DNA from: Polyangiaceae bacterium
Lineage (GTDB): Bacteria; Myxococcota_A; Polyangia; Polyangiales; Polyangiaceae
Assembly (NCBI GenBank): GCA_965222375.1
Contig: CBDCTZ010000016.1
Span: forward strand, 576,001-640,000
Reading direction: 5' to 3'
Length of the DNA: 64,000 nt
Shown here: in pieces, positions 19,650 to 29,873 of the stretch
Layout of the letters: every line of letters begins with the position of its first letter
How positions within the stretch are numbered: position 1 is the stretch's first letter
Position numbers and translations under genes: made by a program
The notes under the pieces: model-generated
What the model was told of the DNA's origin: nothing
The model's input: only the letters and a program-made list of their open reading frames with translations
The model's database searches: none

Positions 19650-20780
19650 TCAAGGCTGCGAAGGCGTCGGCATGCAAACCTCCCCGGACGCGGAGTTGTC
19701 CGGCCGGGATGCAGTCACGCAGCTGTAACCAGGTCGACACCCGCCCCCCGGATACAAACCCTCGTCACACCGGCTATGGCACTGGCCGGTACTCGCGGAG
19801 CCGGGCTCTCCAACGCAGAAAGTCGGAGAGTTCAAACCGGACCGGTCGGGGCAGTACTTGTCGCAAGGCAGCGTGCACGCGCCATCGGGATAGCTCTGCA
19901 GGCAGGTCGCTCCTGCACCGATGCTCGCGCACTCGCTATCTTCCGTGCATGGGCCACCGATGAACTGGTTGTTGGGGATTGGGTCTGGGAACTTTTCTCG
20001 CTCACAAGTCAGGGCTGAATCCTGTGCTGCGCAGCGCGACAAGTACTCTTCGAGGATCAGACCTGCCGAGAACATTTCTAGCGCTGCGGCCCGCCCGATG
20101 TAGCGATAGTGCCAAGGCTCGTACGCGTAGCCCGTCGCGGCTTCGTGCCCTTCGGGATAACTCAGAGCGAAGCCAAAGCGGTGAGCGTTAGCGGCAAGCC
20201 ATTGGCCCTCGGCCTTGCCCCCCATGCTTTGCGATAGCTTCCAACCCAGGGCCTCCGCCGTGATGTCGGCAGTCGTACCCAGCTGGTGCTGGCTGCGGCC
20301 TGGCTCGGCACTGAACTGCTTGGCGTGCTCGAGTCCGTGCTGCTGCACCTTGTAGTCAAAGGTGATGCACTGGGTGCGAAAGGAGCGATAGGCCGACCGA
20401 ACGCCGAGCTTCAAGCCGGAGCTCGCAGCGTCCGCGAACATCTCGCGCAAGGCCTCTACGACGGGCCCGCGGAGCTCTCCAGTTCGGCCGGGCATCATCA
20501 GGCTGGGTTCGATGCCCAACACGTCCTTTGGGGCCCAGCTCGAAGCGAGCTGCTGGCCCGCTGCCTTGTTCACCAGGACCAGCAAGTCGTCGCCACTCAG
20601 AGTGCCACCCGGGTACCTGGCACACACGATGTCGTCGGCTTTGCCTTCGTACTGTCCGATGACGCCGGGGGGCTCGTCGATGTCAAATCCGCTCGCGCCC
20701 GGTGCGCCGCCCTCGTCCGATGAGGAGCTGCATGCAAGACACGCTGCGGCGAAGCAGACGATAGAGAAGCAGCGAGACAT
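19650..20780 (-). CDS. VanY-like (M15B) D,D-carboxypeptidase lipoprotein with Cys-rich C-terminal domain
   Basis: SAYRS, SAEPGRSQHQLGTTAD, YEPWHYRY; lipobox LAC. Confidence 0.88.
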   Translation of the reverse strand: MSRCFSIVCFAAACLACSSSSDEGGAPGASGFDIDEPPGVIGQYEGKADDIVCARYPGGTLSGDDLLVLVNKAAGQQLASSWAPKDVLGIEPSLMMPGRTGELRGPVVEALREMFADAASSGLKLGVRSAYRSFRTQCITFDYKVQQHGLEHAKQFSAEPGRSQHQLGTTADITAEALGWKLSQSMGGKAEGQWLAANAHRFGFALSYPEGHEAATGYAYEPWHYRYIGRAAALEMFSAGLILEEYLSRCAAQDSALTCEREKFPDPIPNNQFIGGPCTEDSECASIGAGATCLQSYPDGACTLPCDKYCPDRSGLNSPTFCVGEPGSASTGQCHSRCDEGLYPGGGCRPGYSCVTASRPDNSASGEVCMPTPSQP

Positions 20781-20838
20781 GTCGCGCTCAGAAGACTAAC
20801 ACCGGGGGCCGGGGCTGCCCACCTCGCAAGTGCAGCGC

Positions 20839-21348
20839 TCATTGCAGCTCAGCGCAGATCTTCACGGTCCCGACGCCCGACGCAGTGCAGGTCAGGCCAC
20901 AGGGGCAATCGCTCGCGTCCGTGCACACCAGCGCGCAGATATTCTGCGCCGCGCCTGGGTTGATGGGATAGCAACCCGGGGTTGCACCTGGAAACTGGTT
21001 CGCATCGCCGCACTGGGCTGCCGTTTGGCACTCCACGGTGCAGAACTGATACACCGTCGCACCCTGGAGGCAGAAGCAACCTGGGTTCTCTGTGCACTTC
21101 CCGTACTTGCCGTCAGCGAGACAGGCGGTGCCGGAGTCGCCCGCCGCGTCGTTGCTAGTTGTTCCATCGGTTGAGCCATCCGTCGCCGGCGCATCCAAAG
21201 CTGCATCCGCGAGCGCTGAGTCGGTGACGCCCGCGTCGTTGGTCGGGGCGCCTCCGGCGTCATCGCCGCTCGAGCAGGCAAAAGTACCGGAAAAGGCCAA
21301 GATGGTTACGGCGAGCGCAGTTCGGACAATGGCTGGGTTACCTCTCAC
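20839..21348 (-). CDS. Cys-rich lipoprotein
   Basis: GTG at 21348 overlaps the upstream TGA; TFAC lipobox; Asp/Ala linker; Cys-rich tail. Confidence 0.7.
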   Translation of the reverse strand: MRGNPAIVRTALAVTILAFSGTFACSSGDDAGGAPTNDAGVTDSALADAALDAPATDGSTDGTTSNDAAGDSGTACLADGKYGKCTENPGCFCLQGATVYQFCTVECQTAAQCGDANQFPGATPGCYPINPGAAQNICALVCTDASDCPCGLTCTASGVGTVKICAELQ

Positions 21349-21848
21349 GAGGCCGCGACCGCGATGACCCCGACAACGAAGATCAGCAGCAAGATCACGA
21401 TGCCCAGCAGCATCGCGATGATGAAGCCGGCAATCTGAATGATCGCCGCGGCCGAGAGCTTGCCCACGGCCTCCATCAGATGCCCAATGTCGTTGCCTTG
21501 CGTATCTCGGATCTTCTTGAAGGAGACGCCGCTGAGGCAAAACATGATGCCAATGATGATCAAAGCGAGGGAAATCGGCGCGTTGTAGAGCCATTGTCCG
21601 ACGCCGAAGACCCAGCTCGTGGTGCCCTGGCCCAGCCCCCAGAGGATCTGTAAAATCCCCGAGAAGACCAGTAGGTTGCCCAGTCGGGCGAGCTTGCCGT
21701 CCTGTTCACTCGTAAACTCGTAGCCCGCGCTACCCCCGCCCGCGGCGGGCGCTCCGTAGGCCGCCGCAGCACCGGGTGCTCCACCCGGTGCTCCCCCTCC
21801 CGGTGCACCGCCCCAGCCCGAAGGTCCGCCGCCGTAACCACCCTGCAT
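21345..21848 (-). CDS. Membrane protein with Gly/Pro-rich N-terminus
   Basis: MQGGYGGG..., YEFTSEQ, hydrophobic helices flanking DTQGNDIGHLMEA. Confidence 0.7.
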   Translation of the reverse strand: MQGGYGGGPSGWGGAPGGGAPGGAPGAAAAYGAPAAGGGSAGYEFTSEQDGKLARLGNLLVFSGILQILWGLGQGTTSWVFGVGQWLYNAPISLALIIIGIMFCLSGVSFKKIRDTQGNDIGHLMEAVGKLSAAAIIQIAGFIIAMLLGIVILLLIFVVGVIAVAAS

Positions 21849-21936
21849 CCCAATCCTCCTCCCGTGACTGGGCCCAGACTCACACAAACTGGCCTTACGA
21901 GCTACCTAAGATGCCCCTTCGGTGGCGCCACGTGGC

Positions 21937-22509
21937 TCAAGCAGCCAGGGGTGACGGTGTGGCTTGAGTGAGCCGCTCCCGAGCACGGAGCAGACGCATT
22001 TTTGCTGTCGCAACGCCAATTCCAAGTCGGATCGAGACCTCGGTGATGGACAGACCCTCCGCATAGCGCAGCCAGAGCAGCGTGCGGTCCCGCATGCGTA
22101 GCACGCTGGTTGTGTGATCCCACATGTTCTTCGCCACGAATCTGTCTTCGAAGTGGTGCCTGGCGGATCCGACGATTCCGGATTCCGCATGGTAGCTGGC
22201 GCGGGTACGTCGCTCTCGTTCGAAGTTCAGCGCTACGCGCGCCGTGATGACCTTGAGCCATCCACGGAAGTGCTGGGGCCTCTGGCCCGAACGTAGCGCG
22301 ACTAGCGCCCGCACCAGCGCCTCTTGCGTGACGTCCTCGGCGTCGTCGCCGTTGCGCAATATGCTCATGGCAACCCGCCGCGCTGCCGGGCGGTGACGTG
22401 TCAGCAGCTCAGTGATTGCCTTTCCGACGCCAGGCCCATCGAGGCAGTCGTATAGTTCGGGTTCGGTTATTTCGCGGAGCGGGCGACCGACCGCGATTGA
22501 GATCGCCAT
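21937..22509 (-). CDS. ECF RNA polymerase sigma-70 factor
   Basis: Region 2 DAEDVTQEAL...FRGWL; region 4 LRYAEGLSITEVS...TAKMRLLRAR. Confidence 0.85.
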   Translation of the reverse strand: MAISIAVGRPLREITEPELYDCLDGPGVGKAITELLTRHRPAARRVAMSILRNGDDAEDVTQEALVRALVALRSGQRPQHFRGWLKVITARVALNFERERRTRASYHAESGIVGSARHHFEDRFVAKNMWDHTTSVLRMRDRTLLWLRYAEGLSITEVSIRLGIGVATAKMRLLRARERLTQATPSPLAA

Positions 22510-22684
22510 GCTGGGCCCTTGAGCAAACCTCGTGCCGCCCTCCACCTGCAAAAAAACCGCCCGAAGCAGGAGAACGCTGGCTGGCAAGCGTCGGATGGGC
22601 ACGACGATCTGCGGCCTCCACCCTACGCCACTGGCTCGGGTTCTGGTCCGAGGGCTTCCGACTGCCGCATGCTAGGCTGCTGCC

Positions 22685-23242
22685 ATGGCGGGGCGATGGT
22701 TTGGGCTTGCGGCGAGTTTCTTGATCAGTTGTGGAGGCGCTGCACAGCCGCCCGAAGAGCCAAACGATGCTTTGTCTAGCGAGACGGAAGCCGCGGTCGA
22801 GACGCCACCAGATGAAGCAGGCGAACCGCCGGAGGGGTCCCCGGTCGAAGAACCCAGCGGTGACGCCCACGCTGAGTCCAGCGATCCAGGTGCGACGACT
22901 TTGAGCGACGACGAGCTTCAGATCGTCATGCAGCAGGTTCTCAACGACCCAGATTTGGATCGCTATTTCCACTTGGACAAGCCTGGGCGCACCCCGTTGA
23001 AAATCCACGGAGCCGAGCTGCCTCCGAAGCTGAAACTAACCAAGGGCGGTCAAGCGGTGAAGATCGTGGACAAGCCCGGTTCAAAAAAGGCGGCAGTTCT
23101 CGTGTTTACGCGCATCGCTCGGGACGGAGATTCCGTACGACTGCGCTACGAGTACGACATCGAAGGCATTCGAGGCTCCGCGGTGGTGTACCTCAAGGGT
23201 GGCAAATGGCGACTGGGCGCCAACCGCGTGATTGAGAAGTAG
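22685..23242 (+). CDS. Lipoprotein, unknown function
   Basis: LISC lipobox, acidic linker, compact C-terminal domain. Confidence 0.7.
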   Translation: MAGRWFGLAASFLISCGGAAQPPEEPNDALSSETEAAVETPPDEAGEPPEGSPVEEPSGDAHAESSDPGATTLSDDELQIVMQQVLNDPDLDRYFHLDKPGRTPLKIHGAELPPKLKLTKGGQAVKIVDKPGSKKAAVLVFTRIARDGDSVRLRYEYDIEGIRGSAVVYLKGGKWRLGANRVIEK

Positions 23243-23260
23243 TTTTGCGAGGCTGCCAGC

Positions 23261-23809
23261 TCACTTGCAAACGCAGGTAAGGGTGCCAGCAGAGAGCGTG
23301 CCGTCACAGCCTGATGCGGCGTGCTTGCAGCTGCTCGGAGACGCACACTCCAGCGTGGAAGACTCGGCACAAAACGCCGGCGCGGGCTTGCAGGCGGCAC
23401 CGTCCGGGGCAGTGCAGCACGGAGTCACGCAGACTTGACACGAATTGCACGACTTGGACCCACAGACCACGCTGCCCGCGTCGGGATCCGGAGTGCACGC
23501 CGCGTCCGCGGTGCCGCCGTCGCTCGGTGTACCAGCGCTGCCGCTGGTGCCACCGCTGCCGCCCCCAGTTCCACTCGTTCCCCCGCCGCCGTCGGAAGCG
23601 CAGGTCAATACGTTGATAGTGCCCGAAGGGCAGGGGCAACAGCCCGAGGACTGCGGTGTAGCACCGCACTGTTTGACACACTCGTTGGCGGCGAAACATT
23701 GCACCGTGGTGCAGTCGCTGCCGCCAGAGCCGCCCGTGCCGTTGGAGTCACCCGAGCTACACCCACCCGCGACGGCGGCGAACAAAAACGTGAAACAGGC
23801 AATTCGCAA
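23261..23809 (-). CDS. Cys-rich lipoprotein
   Basis: AGGC lipobox; two Cys-rich blocks separated by a Gly linker. Confidence 0.75.
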   Translation of the reverse strand: MRIACFTFLFAAVAGGCSSGDSNGTGGSGGSDCTTVQCFAANECVKQCGATPQSSGCCPCPSGTINVLTCASDGGGGTSGTGGGSGGTSGSAGTPSDGGTADAACTPDPDAGSVVCGSKSCNSCQVCVTPCCTAPDGAACKPAPAFCAESSTLECASPSSCKHAASGCDGTLSAGTLTCVCK

Positions 23810-23887
23810 TATTCTCTGACTATCCCACGCAAGACTCAGCGGGACAATTCACCTTCCAACATCACCCCAGCGTGCTAAGGCACGCAG

Positions 23888-24259
23888 GTGCTGCGCCAGG
23901 ACTACATCGGGAGGCTGATACAGCAGTTGGCGGAAGCGCTGGCGCGGATTGCGAATCTCTCCCGCAAAACTGACACGCAGCAAATCGAGGCAGAGCTTGC
24001 ATCCGTGGAAGCCGCGCTGGGCTTCTTCCCTGGCATGGATCGCCTCGATGCTCGCTCCACGGCGCTTCTCCTCGGCGGAGGCGATAAGGTGATACTGGCC
24101 GTGCAATTGCTGGAACAGCGCGCTCTATTGGCGTCCGACAACTCCGAGCCCGAGCGGGCGCGAGTGCTGCGGCGGCGTGCTGTCGCACTGCTCGACCACG
24201 CCAAGCCCGACGAGCTCACAGAAGATGCCGCACAGCTGCGTGTGCGCCTGACCGCGTGA
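23888..24259 (+). CDS. Small helical protein (DUF6483-like)
   Basis: N-terminus MLRQDYIGRLIQQLAEALARI resembles the DUF6483 signature. Confidence 0.55.
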   Translation: MLRQDYIGRLIQQLAEALARIANLSRKTDTQQIEAELASVEAALGFFPGMDRLDARSTALLLGGGDKVILAVQLLEQRALLASDNSEPERARVLRRRAVALLDHAKPDELTEDAAQLRVRLTA

Positions 24260-24360
24260 CGAGATCGGGCCCGACGCAACCCTAGAAAAACCCTCCGGAA
24301 ACTCCCGCGTTGACCAACGTCCTATCCGCCGCGCCAAGGGACACGTATGGGAGCAGAACC

Positions 24361-25392
24361 ATGCCCAATGCTTTCATCTCTGGAACTGGTTTTTACGTAC
24401 CGCCGGATGTCGTGACCAACGAGGATTTGCGAGAGCGCTACGGTATCGACACCAGCCACGAGTGGATCGTCAAACGAACCGGCATTGAGGCACGTCGCTT
24501 CGCCAAAGAAGGAATTGGATCGAGCGACTTGGCCCTGTCGGCGGCAAAAGACGCCATCAAGAACGCCAAGATCGAACCTCAGGACCTCGGCATGATCTTG
24601 TTCGCCACTCTCTCGCCGGACCATGCTTTTCCCGGCTCTGGGGTGTACCTGCAAGAGAAGCTGGGGCTTTGTGAGGGCGATCAGCCCAAGTTCGTACCGG
24701 CGCTTGATATTCGGAATCAGTGCTCGGGCTTTCTATACGGCCTGGCCACTGCCACCAGCATGGTGGAATCCGGCCGCGTGAAGCATGTGCTCCTAGTCGG
24801 CGCCGAAACCCATTCGGCCGCACTTGACCTTTCGACGGCTGGTAGGACCATATCCACACTCTTCGGCGATGGCGCAGGTGCTGCGGTGATCAGTGCGACG
24901 GACGAGGACCGAGGTGTGCGTGGATGGTACCTCGGTGCAGATGGTCGTCACGCGGATGTGCTCTCGCAGAAAGTCTGGGACATCAAGAAGCGGCCCTTCA
25001 TTCCCACCAATGCAGAAGGGGTGGGCCAAGTTCAACCCAGTCATATGTGGGCGCACATGGACGGCAAGTTGGTGTTTCGTAACGCCGTCGAGCGCATGAT
25101 CGGCGCGTTGATGCAAGCGTGCATGGATCAGAACCTGACGCGGGATGACATCGACTTGTTCTTCTTTCACCAAGCCAACATGCGCATCAACCAATACGTG
25201 GCGCAGCAGATTGGGCTGCCCGAAGACAAGGTCGTGCACAACATTCAGCGCTACGGAAACACCACCGCAGCAACGATTCCCATCCTGCTGGCCGAGGCCG
25301 AGCAAGATGGGCGATTGAAGCGCGGGATGAAAGTCGCCATGATCGCGTTCGGTTCAGGCTTCACCTGGGGTGCGGCGGTCGCGGACTGGTGA
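24361..25392 (+). CDS. fabH: 3-oxoacyl-ACP synthase III
   Basis: Catalytic triad motifs NQCSGF, HQAN and GNT; also LFGDGAGA and GSGFTWG. Confidence 0.92.
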   Translation: MPNAFISGTGFYVPPDVVTNEDLRERYGIDTSHEWIVKRTGIEARRFAKEGIGSSDLALSAAKDAIKNAKIEPQDLGMILFATLSPDHAFPGSGVYLQEKLGLCEGDQPKFVPALDIRNQCSGFLYGLATATSMVESGRVKHVLLVGAETHSAALDLSTAGRTISTLFGDGAGAAVISATDEDRGVRGWYLGADGRHADVLSQKVWDIKKRPFIPTNAEGVGQVQPSHMWAHMDGKLVFRNAVERMIGALMQACMDQNLTRDDIDLFFFHQANMRINQYVAQQIGLPEDKVVHNIQRYGNTTAATIPILLAEAEQDGRLKRGMKVAMIAFGSGFTWGAAVADW

Positions 25393-25544
25393 GAGCTTCT
25401 TCGGACACTTTCGTCGCGGAAAAGAGCCGGTCTCAAGTCAGCGCCTGCCAGTTGGCCTTGGGCCACATTGTCTCGCGCCAATCCGCCAGCCCTTGAAAAG
25501 CTTCGACTCGGTGGCAACTTCAGCTTGTCACTCAGGAGTTGCCT

Positions 25545-26350
25545 CCGGCGGCGGCGGCAGCGCGGGTGCAGCCGCAAGCGGCGGCTTGGATGGTGGCAAC
25601 GATACCGGTACCGGTGGCGGAACGGGTGGTGTTTGGCGCCCGACCCCGGGCACGAGCTGGCAATGGCAATTGATGGGGACGATTGACCAAGGCGTCGATG
25701 TGGCCATGTACGACATCGACTTGTTCGACAATTCCGCTACCACGATCCAGGCCTTGAAGAGCAAGGGTCGCACGGTCATTTGCTACTTCTCCGCGGGTAG
25801 CCGCGAGGATTGGCGACCCGAGGCGGGCCAGTTCGACAAGAAGGACTACGGGAACGGCCTTTCGGGTTGGCCCGGGGAGACCTGGCTTGATGTGCGCTCC
25901 CGGGGTGTGCGCTCAATCATGAAGGCGCGAATGGACATGGCGGTGCAGAAGGGCTGCGACGGCGTGGAACCGGACAACGTCGACGGCCACTCGAACAACA
26001 CGGGCTTTCCCCTAATGAAGAGTGATCAGATCGACTACAATACGTTCCTTGCTCAAGAAGCTCACGCTCGTGGATTGAGTGTTGGCCTCAAGAATTCCGT
26101 GAAGCTGGTTGGAGATCTCGTCTCCCACTTCGACTGGGCACTCAACGAAGAGTGTTTGTCCTTCAACGAATGCGCCACCCTCGCGCCCTTTGTGAACGCG
26201 AACAAGGCGGTGTTCCACGTCGAGTACGTCGACGATCAGTCTCCGGGTGCTGCCAAGCAGGCCAGCGTGTGCAAGGCGAGCAGCACTAAAGGTTTTTCGA
26301 CGCTGGTCAAGACCTGGGACTTGGACGCCTGACGCCTAAGTTGCCAATAG
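25545..26350 (+). pseudogene. GH114 endo-alpha-1,4-polygalactosaminidase-like protein, 5'-truncated, probable nonsense codon near the end
   Basis: WQWQL, YDIDLFD, ICYFSAGS, DGVEPDNVDG, NEEC. Starts in a Gly linker with no signal peptide. KTWDLDA-TGA-RLSCQ-TAG suggests TGG->TGA. Confidence 0.7.
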
Positions 26351-26378
26351 CACGTCGTGTCGGTGTATGGCTACGAAC

Positions 26379-26612
26379 TCACTCGTCGATCTTGTCCAGG
26401 TCTAGGAGATTGGTCGGCGACGCGTCATCGACGGATGAGCGCAGGAGGTTGAGCCACTGAAAAGCGTCGTCGTCCCCCTGGGTCGCGGCGTGCAGCACGT
26501 AGCCCATGCCTGTTGCTAGCTCGCGGCGGGCCTGCTGCTCTTGCCCTTCTTTAAGCATGGCGGCTGCCGTTTCTAGATGACGAGCCAGGTCCGTGTGCCA
26601 CGATGCGCCCAT
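26379..26612 (-). CDS. Small hypothetical protein
   Basis: 77-aa helical ORF with TATCAT 6 nt before the ATG. Confidence 0.55.
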   Translation of the reverse strand: MGASWHTDLARHLETAAAMLKEGQEQQARRELATGMGYVLHAATQGDDDAFQWLNLLRSSVDDASPTNLLDLDKIDE

Positions 26613-26657
26613 GCGTTGATGATAACCGCGAGGGCCTAGCTGGGCGCAAGAGACCAG

Positions 26658-27251
26658 CTAGGAAGCTGGTTTGCGCCCAAGGAACTGCACAACCGCACTC
26701 TTGCCCTGATGATACTTGCCCTCACGCATCTCACGCTCGACTTCGCGGCCGATCACTACCTCCAGGCCGCGCAACTCTTCGCGTAGCGCCTCCAAATTCA
26801 TGCACAACTCTGCTACCGGTGGCCCGCCGGTGCCACGCCCGACCTGCGCTGGCGTGTACGCTTCGAGCAACATGACCCCTCCGGGAGCCAGTCCCCGGAC
26901 ACAGCCCGCGTGCACCTTTCGACGCAGGTCAGGAGGGACGTGTGCAGAAATCGATACGATCGCGGACCAGGCGCTCTGGCCCAGGTCGAAGTCGTTCAAG
27001 TCCGCGGCAATGGTCCGGATCGAAACACCACGCTCCTGCGCAAGAGACTCCGCAACGCGGAGCCCCACCGCGGACTGATCGACAGCAGTGACCTCGAACC
27101 CTTGCGCAGCCAAGTACACGGCGTTCCTCCCCTGCCCCTCTGCCAAGCACAACGCAGCTCCGCGGGGCAGCTCAGCAATCTGTTCCTTTAGAAAGTCGTT
27201 GGGCTCAGTGCCATAGGCATAGCCAGGCTCGGAGTAGCGCTTGTCCCACAT
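26658..27251 (-). CDS. Class I SAM-dependent methyltransferase (TehB-like)
   Basis: WDKRY...YGTEPN, LCLAEGQGRNA, VTAVD, LAPGG. Confidence 0.9.
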   Translation of the reverse strand: MWDKRYSEPGYAYGTEPNDFLKEQIAELPRGAALCLAEGQGRNAVYLAAQGFEVTAVDQSAVGLRVAESLAQERGVSIRTIAADLNDFDLGQSAWSAIVSISAHVPPDLRRKVHAGCVRGLAPGGVMLLEAYTPAQVGRGTGGPPVAELCMNLEALREELRGLEVVIGREVEREMREGKYHQGKSAVVQFLGRKPAS

Positions 27252-27361
27252 GAGCGCCTGTGTGGTACGTCGGCGCGCGGAAGTCTATGTCTTGGCAGCG
27301 TGCTCGGCTCGCGCCTTTGGCGCGAATTGCTTCGAAGTTGACTTGTCGATACACTTTCCAG

Positions 27362-28495
27362 ATGCTCCGTGCTTTGTTTGTCGTCTGCGCTGCCACGACC
27401 ATTGGCTGCAGCTCGGACTACAGCTTGGCCCCCGCCGACGGCGGTTCGAGTACCGGTGGCAGCGGCGCGTCTGTGACAGATTCGGGCTGGAATGTCGACG
27501 GTGGCGGTACTGCCGGCGTCGGAGGCACTTCAGGGTCGGCGGGAAGCGCTGGAAGCTCGGGTTCGGCGGGCGGCGAGGATTGCAGCAATGGCGTGGATGA
27601 CAATGGGAATAAGCTCGTGGATTGCGCAGATCCGCTCTGCGCCAGCGCAACTTGCGTGACCGTGCCACCCAACTGGCTCGGCCCGGTGCACTTCGCGTCC
27701 GCCGCCAGCCTTGCGGCGCTGCCGAACTGTCCCGGGGGAGTGGCTCCGGTCACCGAAGGCGGAAGCGGAACTCTCGGTGTTCAGCCCCTTGGTTGCGCGC
27801 CCTGCGGTTGCAGCAAGCCTTCCGGCGCGACCTGCCAAATCCAGCCGGCGAAGGCGTATTCACTGGGTCAGTGCAATGACTCGAACAACAAGAACTACAC
27901 CGCCCTGGCAAATAAGTGCACCAACCTGCCCAACGTGGGTGGCGACGCCCCAAACAGTCTCAAGGCACCTCAGATTGCCGCCGTGGGAGCGAGCTGCGCG
28001 CCGAGCGGGGGAGCCGAGACGTCGCGCCCCAAGCCCGCCTTTGCCAACTTTGGTCGAGTGTGTCTGGTAAGTACCGGGGGTGGCTGCAAAGTAAGTGAAC
28101 AGTGCGTGCCCTCCGCGCCGTCGGGCTTCGATAGCAAGCTTTGTATTTCGCGGCCTGGCGGTCATGCCTGTCCCGCTCCGTTCAGCACCAAGACCGCGCT
28201 CTACGATCCTGCCAAGTTCACCGATACACGCGCCTGCGGAAAATGCACCTGCGGTTCGCCCACGGGTAATTACTGCGACGGCAAAGCGGAGTTCTTCTTG
28301 GGCACGAATTGCACTCAGAAACACCCAGAAGAATTCACGATTCCGACCAACGCCTGTCGCTTCGGCCCGGATCCAGGTTGGCCGTCGATATGGGTCACGG
28401 TGGGAACCGAACAAGGTGGGAGTTGCAAGGCGACTCAGGGGGCTCAGAGCGGTACGGCGTTGCCGACGGGCGCGAATACCGTCTGCTGCATGTGA
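27362..28495 (+). CDS. Cys-rich lipoprotein
   Basis: TIGC lipobox; EDCSNGVDDNGNKLVDCADPLC; two related Cys domains; ends TVCCM. Confidence 0.8.
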   Translation: MLRALFVVCAATTIGCSSDYSLAPADGGSSTGGSGASVTDSGWNVDGGGTAGVGGTSGSAGSAGSSGSAGGEDCSNGVDDNGNKLVDCADPLCASATCVTVPPNWLGPVHFASAASLAALPNCPGGVAPVTEGGSGTLGVQPLGCAPCGCSKPSGATCQIQPAKAYSLGQCNDSNNKNYTALANKCTNLPNVGGDAPNSLKAPQIAAVGASCAPSGGAETSRPKPAFANFGRVCLVSTGGGCKVSEQCVPSAPSGFDSKLCISRPGGHACPAPFSTKTALYDPAKFTDTRACGKCTCGSPTGNYCDGKAEFFLGTNCTQKHPEEFTIPTNACRFGPDPGWPSIWVTVGTEQGGSCKATQGAQSGTALPTGANTVCCM

Positions 28496-28566
28496 ACTCG
28501 CTGCGCGTCTGAGGCCGGCCGCGCGCGGATGCAATTTCGTCGCGGCGTGTGTCTGCGTTTGCGACG

Positions 28567-29514
28567 TCAGAATCGCACGCGGGCGAAGGCCTGGGCGCCA
28601 CCCGGCGTCGCCCGAACACCGGCGCTGGAGTTCTTCGAATCCGTGAAGAAGAAGTACGCGCCGACCCCCACGGCAGCAGCGCCGACAACGGCGGCGACCG
28701 CACCTAGGGTGCGCTTTCGCTGAGCCGACTCGCCTTCGTCAATCAGGTCCTGGGTTGGACAGACCGTATCGGGGCACTGATCGTCGACGTCAGATTTCTG
28801 CGCGCTGCCATCGATGAACAAGTAGGTGCCCAGTCCGAGCAGGACGACGCCTGCACCCGTCGAAATGACGCCGGCGGTGCGTTGGGTTGACCAGGATGAT
28901 GGGGCCGCGTCCGCTCCGCCTTCCTCGCTCGCGAGTGGCGAGGTGAGCCGCGTACTCTTCGGCGTCACGACCACGCGTTGGGTTTCTCCATCTTCCAGCT
29001 CCACGGACTGCTCAGAATTCCTCTGCCCGTCCACTTCCAGCATCACGCTCACCGAGCCGGGATCCACCGGCAGCGGCGTTTCGTAGGCGCCGGCGGGCAC
29101 CCAGGTCTCTCCCAGTTTGATGCGCGAACCCGGAGGAAGGTTCTTTGCCACGATGATGATTGCGCTGAGCCGCGGCTCGAGCCCACTGATCTTGCTCGCA
29201 GCGAACGTCCTGCGCTCCTCATCCCCCGCTGCCTGCGCCTGGGTCAGAAGCTTGCGATAGAGCGCCATCGCAGATGCCGTGCGGCCACGTGCTTCCTCCG
29301 CCATGGCCATTGCCTGCAGTGTTCCTCGAGCCGGTGCGATTTCGTAGCTGGCGCGCAGCTTCACCAGGGACTCGGCAAACTTGCCGTCTTCCGCGAGCTG
29401 AATCCCTGCTTTGAACAAGGCGTCGGCGGCCGCGGCGCTCTCTGGCGTAGCGCTCGCCCAGCCGGCGCTGGTCACCGAAAGCAGCAGTGCGCAGAGCCCG
29501 ACCAATTGCCGCAT
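28567..29514 (-). CDS. TPR/PEGA-like envelope protein
   Basis: Signal peptide, TPR (AADALFKAG...SYEIAP), LPVDPG, two Gly-rich helices flanking CPDTVC, terminal RVRF. Confidence 0.8.
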   Translation of the reverse strand: MRQLVGLCALLLSVTSAGWASATPESAAAADALFKAGIQLAEDGKFAESLVKLRASYEIAPARGTLQAMAMAEEARGRTASAMALYRKLLTQAQAAGDEERRTFAASKISGLEPRLSAIIIVAKNLPPGSRIKLGETWVPAGAYETPLPVDPGSVSVMLEVDGQRNSEQSVELEDGETQRVVVTPKSTRLTSPLASEEGGADAAPSSWSTQRTAGVISTGAGVVLLGLGTYLFIDGSAQKSDVDDQCPDTVCPTQDLIDEGESAQRKRTLGAVAAVVGAAAVGVGAYFFFTDSKNSSAGVRATPGGAQAFARVRF

Positions 29515-29873
29515 TGTCAGCGATCCAACGACGCCAACGCGTTGGTCGTCAAGCCACGCCTTGACAGAACCTTTGCCCCGGCTATCTTTCGCGGCCCCAG
29601 GAGTCCGTCATGTTCGCCCACTTACATGCACTTGCGCCTAATCGCGGCTGCGCTTGCGGGTGGCAGGGCTTTGCCCTCCGAGCTGGCTGAACGACTCTAG
29701 GCGCCGAATAGCGTAGCCGCGACCACGGGCGCGACTGCGCATCACATCTCACTCGCGTGACCACTGCTCTGGCCGCGATGGCGCGTCGCGCCTCTCTCTC
29801 GCGCGCGACCGCGACGCCGCGAAGCACTCACTTGCCCTGCGAAGGGGCGACCTCTGTCGAAAACGAGGGTGCC

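Noticed and set aside
19650..20780. Vancomycin-resistance locus
   Set aside because: No vanHAX/vanRS genes; M15B peptidases are widespread outside resistance clusters.
26330..26332. TGA-to-Trp recoding suggested by the GH114 end
   Set aside because: Many intact genes here (e.g. fabH) end in TGA at the expected position; a point mutation or error is simpler.
29515..29873. Riboswitch or ncRNA in the long intergenic region
   Set aside because: Only short GC hairpins; no aptamer consensus I can recognise. An Rfam/Infernal scan would settle it.
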